Under the pieces are notes generated by a model. The model saw nothing but the letters and a program-made list of their open reading frames with translations. It was not told the DNA's origin and did not search any database. The translations under genes were made by a program, and so were the position numbers. From an uncultured Actinomycetes bacterium (lineage in GTDB: Bacteria; Actinomycetota; Acidimicrobiia; Acidimicrobiales; Ilumatobacteraceae): a DNA stretch of 64,000 nt. Location: the NCBI GenBank assembly GCA_903872155.1, contig CAIQJP010000042.1:83028-147027 (forward strand), given 5' to 3'. Below are positions 36,744-45,537 of this stretch, one piece after another. Positions within the stretch are counted from its first letter, which is position 1, and every line of letters begins with the position of its first letter.

Positions 36744-37517
36744 ATGTTCGCTCGACGTGCCTTCAGTGTCGCTCCCTTCATCGTTGCCCTGGCGCCGCTC
36801 ATCTTTACAACGGCGTGTTCTTCATCATCGGATTCGCAAGAACCGACGACAATCGAGGTGTACGCGGCATCTTCGCTTGCCACACCTTTTGCCGACGCCG
36901 GTCGTGCCTACGAAAAAGCCCATCCAGGTGTGAAGGTTGAATTCAACCTTGGAGCTTCGTCAGACTTGGCACGGTTCGTACAAGAAGGGGCACCTGCGGA
37001 TGTTTTTGCATCTGCCGACGTTGCGAACATGGACAAAGTTGAGTCGCAAGATCTGCTCGACTCGCAGTCAGTCATTTTTGCAACAAACAATCTTGAGATC
37101 ATTGTTGAAAAGGACAACCCTCTCAACATCTCTTCTTTGCAAGATCTCACCGATCCAGATCTAATTTTTGTTACAACAAGTCCCGATGTTCCCATCGGCA
37201 AATACACCGCTGAGGTACTCAAAAACGCTGGAGTCTCTATTACGCCCGATTCTTTTGAAAGCAACGTCAAAGGAATCATGCTCAAGGTGGCAAGTGGTGA
37301 AGCAGATGCTGGAATCGTTTACCACTCCGAAGTTGTTGCATCAGATGGTCAAGTTGAAGGTGTGCAAATTCCCACAGAGTTCAACATCTTGGCCAAGTAT
37401 CCGATTGGCATCATCAAAAGCTCCGCAAATAAGCCGCAGGCTCAAGGGTTTGTCGACTTCTTGTTATCCCCCGAAGGACAGGCACTCCTCACTCAATACG
37501 GTTTTGGAGTTCCATGA
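36744..37517 (+). CDS. modA: Molybdate ABC transporter substrate-binding lipoprotein
   Basis: Lipobox 'LIFTTAC'; ModA-like 'VYAASSL...FNLGASS...ADVFASAD'. Start set at the ATG at 36744. Confidence 0.85.
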   Translation: MFARRAFSVAPFIVALAPLIFTTACSSSSDSQEPTTIEVYAASSLATPFADAGRAYEKAHPGVKVEFNLGASSDLARFVQEGAPADVFASADVANMDKVESQDLLDSQSVIFATNNLEIIVEKDNPLNISSLQDLTDPDLIFVTTSPDVPIGKYTAEVLKNAGVSITPDSFESNVKGIMLKVASGEADAGIVYHSEVVASDGQVEGVQIPTEFNILAKYPIGIIKSSANKPQAQGFVDFLLSPEGQALLTQYGFGVP

Positions 37518-38332
37518 ATCGTTCACGTCGCCATCGGCAAAGACTTCCGTGGCAAATCGTATTGATCGCTGCTGTCGCTGCTGCCTTCTTTCTTGCACCT
37601 TTTGTCGGGTTGATGTGGCGTACACCGTGGAGCAAATTCACAGACATCGTGACACGTCGCGAGATTCGCGATGCATTGTGGTTATCGATTGAAACTTCAC
37701 TCATCACCTCAGTCATTTGTTGTATTTTCGGCGTTCCACTTGCTTGGCTTTTAGCGCGCGTTGAATTCCCTGGTCGTCGATTCATTCGAGCACTCACAAC
37801 GCTCTCGATGGTCCTCCCTCCCGTTGTCGGCGGAATCGCTCTCTTGTTTACGTTCGGACGCCGAGGTCTTATCGGCCAATATCTCGATCAGTGGTTTGGA
37901 ATTCGCTTACCTTTTACAATGACTGCCGTCGTCATGGCACAATGTTTTGTGGCGATGCCCTTTTTGGTGCTGACTGTTGAGGCAGCGTTACGCCAACTTG
38001 ATTTGCGTTATGAGGGAGTTGCTCGAACTCTTGGCGGAAGTCGTTGGTATGTATTCCGTCGAGTCACACTGCCAAGTATCAGACCAAGTCTCTTTGCTGG
38101 ATTCGTTCTCGCGTGGGCTCGTGCACTCGGAGAATTCGGTGCCACCATTACGTTTGCCGGAAATCTGCCGGGCACAACGCAAACCATGCCACTTGCGACG
38201 TACGCCGCTCTTGACTCAAACCCGGAATCGGCATTGATTCTCTCGCTCGTGATGATCGCAATCGCATTTACTATTTTGATCGTGCTCAGAGATCGCTGGC
38301 TCGGCCGATCCGATCAAGGCCTTCCACTATGA
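37514..38332 (+). CDS. modB: Molybdate ABC transporter permease
   Basis: Permease with an EAA loop ('EGVARTLGGSRWYVFRRVTLP'). 4-nt overlap with modA. Confidence 0.85.
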   Translation: MNRSRRHRQRLPWQIVLIAAVAAAFFLAPFVGLMWRTPWSKFTDIVTRREIRDALWLSIETSLITSVICCIFGVPLAWLLARVEFPGRRFIRALTTLSMVLPPVVGGIALLFTFGRRGLIGQYLDQWFGIRLPFTMTAVVMAQCFVAMPFLVLTVEAALRQLDLRYEGVARTLGGSRWYVFRRVTLPSIRPSLFAGFVLAWARALGEFGATITFAGNLPGTTQTMPLATYAALDSNPESALILSLVMIAIAFTILIVLRDRWLGRSDQGLPL

Positions 38333-39012
38333 CTCTTGATTCGCGCTTCACACTTACTCGAGGCTCTTTTGAACTCAACGTTGATCTCTCATTCAATGAG
38401 GGTGAAGTTGTGGCAATCATGGGCCCAAATGGTTCGGGTAAATCAACTTTCCTTCATGCCATCGCTGGCTTGCTTCCTGCTACATCTGGAACATTGTTAC
38501 TTGACGGCGAAAAATTGGACGATGCATCAACCGATATTTTCGTTGATCCGACACAACGCACTGTTGGACTCGTTTTCCAAGGCGGACTGCTTTTTGAAAC
38601 GATGAGCGTTTTAGACAACATCATTTTTGGACTTCGCGCCCGCAAAATCAAACGAGCCGATGCAGTCACCCAAGCAGAACCATTGATCAGCCAACTGGGA
38701 CTTACTGATCTTCTTGATCGCCAACCGCGCGAACTCAGTGGTGGCCAATCTCAACGAGTCGCGATTGCGCGAGCTTTAGTCACCCAACCCAAAGTGCTCC
38801 TGCTCGATGAACCGATGTCGGGGCTCGACACTGCAACTCGTCAACTCATTCGTGAAGAATTCTGTGAAGTTCTTGCTGGCTTCGCCGGATATCGAATTCT
38901 TGTGACTCACGATTTAGAAGATGCGCTTGCGATGGCTGATCGAATCATTGAGCTTGATCACGGCAAAGTTGTTTGGGACGGGACTATTTCTGAGTATCGA
39001 GCAAAGTTATGA
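38329..39012 (+). CDS. modC: ABC transporter ATP-binding protein (ModC-like, lacking a TOBE/Mop domain)
   Basis: Walker A 'GPNGSGKST', signature 'LSGGQSQRV', Walker B 'LLLDEP'. At 227 aa it has no C-terminal regulatory domain. Confidence 0.8.
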   Translation: MTLDSRFTLTRGSFELNVDLSFNEGEVVAIMGPNGSGKSTFLHAIAGLLPATSGTLLLDGEKLDDASTDIFVDPTQRTVGLVFQGGLLFETMSVLDNIIFGLRARKIKRADAVTQAEPLISQLGLTDLLDRQPRELSGGQSQRVAIARALVTQPKVLLLDEPMSGLDTATRQLIREEFCEVLAGFAGYRILVTHDLEDALAMADRIIELDHGKVVWDGTISEYRAKL

Positions 39013-39536
39013 GTCGCCAGGCTCGCGAGTCACACGATCTTCTTCTTGGCGAATGGGCCTGCCTTGGCTTGTTGTATAAAAAGCCATCGCATGGTTTTGC
39101 CATCGCAGCGCGCCTCAAACCCGGTTCCGATATCGGTCGTATTTGGTCATTGACTCGCCCACTGACCTACCGCGCTCTTGAACAACTGCAGATTCATGGG
39201 TATGTCGAAGAATCGGGCGAAGAAGCAGGTCTGGCTGGCGGCAATCGAACTCTTCTGACGATCACAAAGCCCGGTCGTGCAATTTTTCGTACTTGGATCA
39301 ACACGCCTGTTGTTCATTTACGAGATATGCGAAGTGAATTGCTACTCAAACTGGTGTTAGCCGACGAATGCGGAATTGACATCTCAGACATGTTGAAGAC
39401 TCAACGAAGAAATATCAAAACATTGCAACGAAACATTGCAAGCAGTCTTGACGGAAACGACAAAAATGACACCGTGCATAAATGGCGTGGCGAAATCGCC
39501 GAAGCAACACTGCGCTTTATTGACTCATTGAAATAA
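39009..39536 (+). CDS. PadR family transcriptional regulator
   Basis: Winged helix ('GFAIAARL...IWSLTRPLTYRALEQLQIHGYV') plus a C-terminal helical domain. ATGA overlap with modC. Confidence 0.75.
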   Translation: MSRQARESHDLLLGEWACLGLLYKKPSHGFAIAARLKPGSDIGRIWSLTRPLTYRALEQLQIHGYVEESGEEAGLAGGNRTLLTITKPGRAIFRTWINTPVVHLRDMRSELLLKLVLADECGIDISDMLKTQRRNIKTLQRNIASSLDGNDKNDTVHKWRGEIAEATLRFIDSLK

Positions 39537-40487
39537 TCAGCCTCTATAAGGACGAATGCCGCCAACCGGAACAGTTCCGAGTCGTCCCTGTTGATAATCA
39601 TCAAACGCTTGACGAATTTCATTTTCGGTATTCATCACAAACGGACCATAAGCTACGACTGGTTCACCAATCGGTTGTCCACCAAGTAACAAAACTTCGA
39701 GTGATGAATCGTCATCTGCTTGCAAAGAAATTGAGTCGCCACTTCCATAGACGGCCAACTGACCCAAACGAAGCGGTCGACGTTCATCACTGACTGAACC
39801 CGAACCGGCAAGCACATACGCCAGTGCATTGAATGCAGGGTTCCAGGGCAGTTCTACTCGCGCTCCAGGAGCCAGCGTCACATGTGAAACAACAATCGGT
39901 GTATGGGTCGAACCTGGTCCATGAAATTCACCTAAATCGCCAGCAATCAAACGAATGAGTGCCCCACCATCGGGCGATGACAACAAAGTCACAAGATCGG
40001 CTTCAAGATTTTGATACGCCGGCGAAATCATTTTTTTATGGCTCGGAAGGTTCACCCATAACTGAACGCCATGAAAGAGTCCACCAGCAATGACCAATTT
40101 TTCTGGTGGAGTTTCAATGTGCAAAATTCCAGCGCCAGCAGTCATCCACTGAGTAGCACCATCGGCAATAACTCCACCGCCGCCATGTGAATCTTGATGA
40201 ACGAATATGCCATCCATGATGTATGTGACGGTTTCAAACCCACGATGCGGATGCCAATCGGTTCCGCGTGGTTCGTATGGTGCGTAATTCACTTCGCCCA
40301 TCTGGTCCATATGAATAAACGGATCAAGAATCTCACGACTCACACCTGCGAATGCCCGACGCACCGGAAAACCTTCGCCTTCATGACCACTCGGAGCTGT
40401 CGTCACTGAAATGACTGGGCGAGAATGTCCACCAATAGGAGCGGAAATACGAGGGAGAGTCAAAGTGTCGGCGGTAATTGCGGGCAT
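39537..40487 (-). CDS. Pirin family protein
   Basis: 'HPHRGFETVTYIMDG' cupin metal motif; bicupin length. Confidence 0.9.
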   Translation of the reverse strand: MPAITADTLTLPRISAPIGGHSRPVISVTTAPSGHEGEGFPVRRAFAGVSREILDPFIHMDQMGEVNYAPYEPRGTDWHPHRGFETVTYIMDGIFVHQDSHGGGGVIADGATQWMTAGAGILHIETPPEKLVIAGGLFHGVQLWVNLPSHKKMISPAYQNLEADLVTLLSSPDGGALIRLIAGDLGEFHGPGSTHTPIVVSHVTLAPGARVELPWNPAFNALAYVLAGSGSVSDERRPLRLGQLAVYGSGDSISLQADDDSSLEVLLLGGQPIGEPVVAYGPFVMNTENEIRQAFDDYQQGRLGTVPVGGIRPYRG

Positions 40488-40610
40488 GCCACATTCAACA
40501 CTTTCTGCCTGAGCAAAATTTCAATAATTGTAAAATTCTTTGGTCTCTCGTCACCCAATTAGGGACCAAAGTCAATCCAACTCGCGTAACGATTCACGTA
40601 ACTTCGCTGC

Positions 40611-41378
40611 ATGTCATCTCTCTATCCAATTGGCAATCGACTCAACGGCAAAGTCGCTCTGATTTCAGGAGGATCCCGCGGTCTTGGCGAGAGCCACGCG
40701 CGAGCCATGATTGCTCAGGGTGCCAAAGTTGTGATCGCCGACATTCTTGATGATGTTGGCCAAGCTCTGGTCGCCGAACTTGGGGACGCCACTCGCTACA
40801 TCCATCTCGATGTCACCAAACGTGATGAATGGGCGCGAGCAGTCGCATTTACTCTCAAAGAATTTGGTGGGCTTAATGTCTTAATCAACAACGCTGGTAT
40901 TGCTCACTTCTCGGCCATTGGTGAGTACAAACCCGAACAATGGGACACGATGATTGCCATCAACCTGACTGGAGTTTTTAATGGCGTTGATGCGTCTCTA
41001 GAGGCACTCAAGAAAAGTGCTCCTAGCTCAATTATCAATGTGTCATCCATTGCGGGACTTCGTGGTTACAGCGGATTGGTCGGTTACAACGCTGCCAAGT
41101 TTGGGGTCACCGGACTCACCAAATCAGTGGCACTCGATGTTGCTCAATTCGGAGTTCGTTGCAATTCAATTCACCCCGGAGTTATTGACACCCCGATGAC
41201 CTCAAATGTTGCCACTCGTCGAAAGCATGTTGCCATGGAACGAACTGGCCGCCCTGAAGAACTTTCAAGTTTGGTTGTCTACCTGGCGAGCGATGAAGCA
41301 AGTTTTTGTACCGGATCAGAATTCATCTGTGACGGTGGTGAGTCTGCTGGTCTCGCCCCTAACGCTTTCATAGGGTGA
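40611..41378 (+). CDS. SDR family oxidoreductase (3-alpha/20-beta-hydroxysteroid dehydrogenase-like)
   Basis: 'ISGGSRGLG', 'NNAG' and 'YNAAKFGV'. Confidence 0.85.
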   Translation: MSSLYPIGNRLNGKVALISGGSRGLGESHARAMIAQGAKVVIADILDDVGQALVAELGDATRYIHLDVTKRDEWARAVAFTLKEFGGLNVLINNAGIAHFSAIGEYKPEQWDTMIAINLTGVFNGVDASLEALKKSAPSSIINVSSIAGLRGYSGLVGYNAAKFGVTGLTKSVALDVAQFGVRCNSIHPGVIDTPMTSNVATRRKHVAMERTGRPEELSSLVVYLASDEASFCTGSEFICDGGESAGLAPNAFIG

Positions 41379-41423
41379 AGTCGTCACTCAAATTCCATCG
41401 GTTCGGTAGCAAAACCCGCCTGA

Positions 41424-41834
41424 TCACAAAACGATGTGAAATCCGCTTGCTTGTGCAGCCGCGCATAGGGACTCATCAGAACTAGCGAAAACATCAGCCT
41501 TCATAAATATGGCTGAGGCCAGATGAATCGAGTCATAGCCGCGGAGGGAAAACTCTTCAGCTAACTCGGCTGCCATCTTGACAAGTTTTGAAGTTACCTC
41601 AACGACATACAGTTGAGAATGAAGGCCTTCAAGTATTGATTTTGCTTTCACCAAGTTTGAATCATTAATCTGCCCGCGCCTTTTGGCAGCAGCTAATGCA
41701 GCCCTTGATTCAACGTACAACACCATCGACGAACCTAAGGTTGACGAGACGTTCCAGATTTCTTCAGCTTGTTCAGAACCAATTTCATCAATGAACAACT
41801 TGACAAATAGTGAAGTATCAAAATACGTGATCAT
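41424..41834 (-). CDS. vapC: Type II toxin VapC (PIN domain ribonuclease)
   Basis: 'MITYFDTSLFVK' N-terminal Asp, a mid Glu and 'YDSIHLASA' PIN acidic residues. 4-nt overlap with the antitoxin gene. Confidence 0.8.
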   Translation of the reverse strand: MITYFDTSLFVKLFIDEIGSEQAEEIWNVSSTLGSSMVLYVESRAALAAAKRRGQINDSNLVKAKSILEGLHSQLYVVEVTSKLVKMAAELAEEFSLRGYDSIHLASAIFMKADVFASSDESLCAAAQASGFHIVL

Positions 41835-42106
41835 CGACGTTCTGCAATGACCAATTCGCTGACACTGCCTTTGGATTGAATTCTTCGCTTTGGCAGTTCG
41901 CGAACTCGACTTTTTGGAGCCTGAATGATCCCAGCTGCGACGAGGTCACTCATTTTGTCATCGACCTTGTCAACCGAAATCAAGTGAGCGACAGGCCGAC
42001 CGTGATCGGTGACCACTATCAAGTCTCCTAGTTTGACTCGCTCCAAGTACCGGCTCAGATTATTTTTGAGGTCTCGAACCCCTACTTCAATTGTGGCTAC
42101 ATTCAT
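41831..42106 (-). CDS. Type II antitoxin (Phd/YefM family)
   Basis: 'VGVRDLKNNLSRYLERVKLGDLIVVTDHGRPVAHL' is a typical Phd/YefM N-domain. Start set at the ATG at 42106. Confidence 0.75.
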   Translation of the reverse strand: MNVATIEVGVRDLKNNLSRYLERVKLGDLIVVTDHGRPVAHLISVDKVDDKMSDLVAAGIIQAPKSRVRELPKRRIQSKGSVSELVIAERR

Positions 42107-42137
42107 TAGATCATTGTAGCCACAATTTTTCAACGCG

Positions 42138-43931
42138 TCAAACGTTCGGCGTAAGTACTAAGCCAGCAAGGTCGCCCTGCTGACGCCAATTTTCGACATA
42201 CTCAGCAAATCCCAAGACACTGGTCATCCAGGCAATGGCTCGAGCCGAGCGCATGTCTCCGCCACCTTCGCTATTGAGGTAACCGGGTGTGCAAGTCGCG
42301 TTGTAACGAGCGATTCCCCACAGTTGCGCAAACAAAGTTTCAAACCAATTCTCTTGTGCCGCAGTTTCGGGTTCGATCGTTGCGTAATTCCCCTTCACGC
42401 ATTGCTCAATCAAGAACGCGACATGTTGCGCTGCTTCGGTAATTGAGTGGACGAAGTTAGTCGCTTGTGCTCCCTGAACTGTTGAGATCATAAACATGTT
42501 CGGGAAACCGTTTGACAGCACACCATGCAAAGTGGCCGGGCCTTCTGCCCAAGCCTCACTTAACGAAATGCCGTCGCGCCCTTTTGGATCAAAACCCAAA
42601 CGATGTGTATAGCCCGTTGTCACTTCAAAACCTGAAGCAAAGATCAATAAGTCAACGGGATACTCAACTCCATTAACGATGACCCCGCGTTCATTGATTT
42701 CGTTGACACCCTTTCCATCAGTATCAACGAGATGAACATTCGGACGATTGAAGGCTGGCAAGTATTCATCGTGGAAACAGGGACGCTTGCAACTTTGCGA
42801 ATACCACGGCATCATCAGTTCGGCTGTTGCCGGATCTTCGATCACATCAGCGATTCGCTGACGAACGCGTTCCATGTTTTCGAAGTCAATTCGCTCTAAC
42901 TCAAGCGCCTCGTCATCATTCTCGGGCAACTTACGAGTATCAACCCAGTTCATCTTGGTCCACTCATCGTCAATCATGTCGACAGCAGGCTGTGCACCCG
43001 TCACTGCTTGAGTGAAGTTTCGAGTTCGTTCGGCCTGCCAACCTGGCTTCAGCGACTTGAACCATTCTGGATCGGTCGGTTTGTTGTTGCGAACACCCAC
43101 ACATGCAGCGGTGCGCTGGAAGACAAAAAGTTCTTTCGCAGCTTCAGCCAATTTGGGAACAACTTGAACAGCCGTGGCACCCGTCCCAATAATGCCGACG
43201 CGCTTGTCAGCAAGTTTTTCCATCAACGTCTGCGAACTTCCACCGGTGTAGCTGTAATCCCAGCGACTGGTGTGGAAGGCACGACCGGCATAGGTTTCAA
43301 TGCCGGGGATGCCAGGCAACTTCGCTTTATGAAGCACTCCACCGGCAATCACGATGAACTTCGCCGAGAGTACGTCGCTACGCGAGGTCATGACATTCCA
43401 ACGCTTCGTTGATTCATCCCAGCGCATGTCTTCAACTTCGGTCTGGAAGAGTGCGCCGCGATACAAGTCGAATGTACGACCAAGCAATTGACAGTAAGCA
43501 AAAATCTCAGGGGCTTTCGCATACTTTTCGGTGGGCATGTAACCCGTGTCTTCAAGTAGCGGCAGATACACATACGACTCAACGTCACAAGCGGCATTGG
43601 GATAACGATTCCAGTACCAGGTACCACCAAAGTCGCCAGCTTTTTCGATGATTCGGAAATTGGTAATTCCGGCCTTTGTCAAATTGGCTGCTTCAATCAT
43701 TCCACCGAAGCCACCACCAACAATGACGACATCAACTTCTTCGACAATGGCATCGCGTGTAAAGCCAGGCTCAACATACGGGTCACGGTCGAACTCTTCG
43801 TAGTCGCCTTTAAGTTCTTTGTACTGACGGATGCCGTCAGCGCGGAGACGCTTTTCGCGTTCAATGCGATATTTCTCGCGAGCTTCTTCCAACGAAAGTT
43901 TCTTGTCGTTGTTATTCCCCATAGCTGGCAT
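42138..43931 (-). CDS. Baeyer-Villiger flavin monooxygenase
   Basis: FAD motif 'GGGFGG', '[11 protein letters not shown]', BVMO fingerprint '[12 protein letters not shown]' and NADPH motif 'GTGATAVQ'. Confidence 0.88.
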   Translation of the reverse strand: MPAMGNNNDKKLSLEEAREKYRIEREKRLRADGIRQYKELKGDYEEFDRDPYVEPGFTRDAIVEEVDVVIVGGGFGGMIEAANLTKAGITNFRIIEKAGDFGGTWYWNRYPNAACDVESYVYLPLLEDTGYMPTEKYAKAPEIFAYCQLLGRTFDLYRGALFQTEVEDMRWDESTKRWNVMTSRSDVLSAKFIVIAGGVLHKAKLPGIPGIETYAGRAFHTSRWDYSYTGGSSQTLMEKLADKRVGIIGTGATAVQVVPKLAEAAKELFVFQRTAACVGVRNNKPTDPEWFKSLKPGWQAERTRNFTQAVTGAQPAVDMIDDEWTKMNWVDTRKLPENDDEALELERIDFENMERVRQRIADVIEDPATAELMMPWYSQSCKRPCFHDEYLPAFNRPNVHLVDTDGKGVNEINERGVIVNGVEYPVDLLIFASGFEVTTGYTHRLGFDPKGRDGISLSEAWAEGPATLHGVLSNGFPNMFMISTVQGAQATNFVHSITEAAQHVAFLIEQCVKGNYATIEPETAAQENWFETLFAQLWGIARYNATCTPGYLNSEGGGDMRSARAIAWMTSVLGFAEYVENWRQQGDLAGLVLTPNV

Positions 43932-44019
43932 TCCCCATCTCGAATTACTGCGTATCTATCCTCGCAAGAGTAGAGAGAAATTACCAACTCACATCAGAGA
44001 ATTTGGTCCCAACTCGACC

Positions 44020-44463
44020 CTATTCACAGGGCCGATTCTTGGTTTCGACACCCAAAAGTCGGCCAAGTTTGCGATAACTCGAGCGAAAAGCCTCGTGAAC
44101 TTCAGGGTTCGTGGCAAGTTCGGCCGGAAGACCCTCTTGGTCAATCGAGATCAACGTGCCGCCTGAATCGGGCAAGAACCGCTGAGTGGATTTGAAACCG
44201 ATACTTGGTTCTTCACCAACCAACAAATGGGGTTCTTCTACGGCCGTCAAAATTCCTTTGTTTTCATTCACCGCTCCGGTTTCATCAAAAACCATGTCAC
44301 ATTCGAAACGCCCACCAACGCGAACGTCAAGCACGACTGACTCAATAGGTATTGATAAACCCTCTGGGGCGAAGAACTGACAAAACTTCTCTGGAGTTGT
44401 GTAGGCATCCCACACATTTTGAGGACTGCACGCGATCCAATGACGAATTTTTAAAACGGACAT
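44020..44463 (-). CDS. SRPBCC (AHSA1-like) domain protein
   Basis: 147 aa with the typical 'VWDAYTTPE...' START-like pattern. Confidence 0.65.
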   Translation of the reverse strand: MSVLKIRHWIACSPQNVWDAYTTPEKFCQFFAPEGLSIPIESVVLDVRVGGRFECDMVFDETGAVNENKGILTAVEEPHLLVGEEPSIGFKSTQRFLPDSGGTLISIDQEGLPAELATNPEVHEAFRSSYRKLGRLLGVETKNRPCE

Positions 44464-44472
44464 GGCACCAAA

Positions 44473-45450
44473 TTATCTGCCACTTGATTTCACTGCGCGT
44501 TGAGCTACCTCACCAAGCAAGGCAATTCGTTCAGTCTTGTGACCATTCGCTGGCAAATTAATAGAAAGTCCGTCAATGCCCGTATTGAGTGCGGCAAGCA
44601 GTTTCTCCCCGACCGTGTCAGGGTCGCCGTAAATTAAGACGGCCTTCATCATTTCAACTAACTCATTGCTCCAGCCCTTCGCCTGCGCAATTTCAACGAG
44701 GTCTTGATGGGCTTCTTCCATCGTTGGAGCAACGCAAACCATCTGCAACTTTGAAACCTTGATGTCTGAACGGTTTCGGCCAAGTCGAGCACAATGTTCG
44801 TCAAGCACTTCAAGTTTGCGAGCAATATCTTCGATGGGTCCGCCCGCCAAATCTGACTCATCTGCATATTGCGCGACCATGCGCAAAGTCTTCTTTTCAC
44901 CGTTGCCACCGATCATGATCGGAATTCGCGACACTGGAGCCGGGAAGTTCATTGCGTCAACAACTTGATAGTGCTTCCCTTGAAGATTCGCCTTGTCGCC
45001 ACGAAGCATCGGAATAATGATTTGCAATGCCTCTTCTAACTTTTCAAAACGATCGGTGAATGTTCCAAATTCAAATCCGAGCGAGTTGTGCTCTAGTTCA
45101 AACCAACCTGCACCGATTCCAAGCTTGGCCCGACCGTTGGAAACGATGTCAAGAGCGGTGATGATCTTGGCCAACAACGTTGGATTGCGATAAGTGTTGC
45201 CCGTTACAAGTGAAGACAACTGGATACGACTGGTGTGTTGGGCAATCGCCGAGAGCAAGGTGTAGCACTCAAACATCGGTTCTTCGGGCGCTCCGAGACC
45301 AGGCAGTTGATAGAAGTGGTCCATGACGTAGACCGTGTCAAAGCCAGCATCTTCGGCCGCCTTGGCTTGTGCGATCACATTTTGAAAAATCTGATGACTA
45401 TTCGCACCAGGGATCGTGAAGTTTGGAATTTGATAACCCAATATCGCCAT
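44473..45450 (-). CDS. LLM-class F420-dependent oxidoreductase
   Basis: Luciferase-like TIM-barrel pattern ('FDTVYVMDHF', 'LGIGAGW'). Confidence 0.8.
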   Translation of the reverse strand: MAILGYQIPNFTIPGANSHQIFQNVIAQAKAAEDAGFDTVYVMDHFYQLPGLGAPEEPMFECYTLLSAIAQHTSRIQLSSLVTGNTYRNPTLLAKIITALDIVSNGRAKLGIGAGWFELEHNSLGFEFGTFTDRFEKLEEALQIIIPMLRGDKANLQGKHYQVVDAMNFPAPVSRIPIMIGGNGEKKTLRMVAQYADESDLAGGPIEDIARKLEVLDEHCARLGRNRSDIKVSKLQMVCVAPTMEEAHQDLVEIAQAKGWSNELVEMMKAVLIYGDPDTVGEKLLAALNTGIDGLSINLPANGHKTERIALLGEVAQRAVKSSGR

Positions 45451-45537
45451 GTTGGCCTCCTGTAAATAGTTCAGGCTTCAACTTACACGGCAACCTATTA
45501 GCCAAGAGTTTTGTACAACAAGGAATTAGAAACCGTG

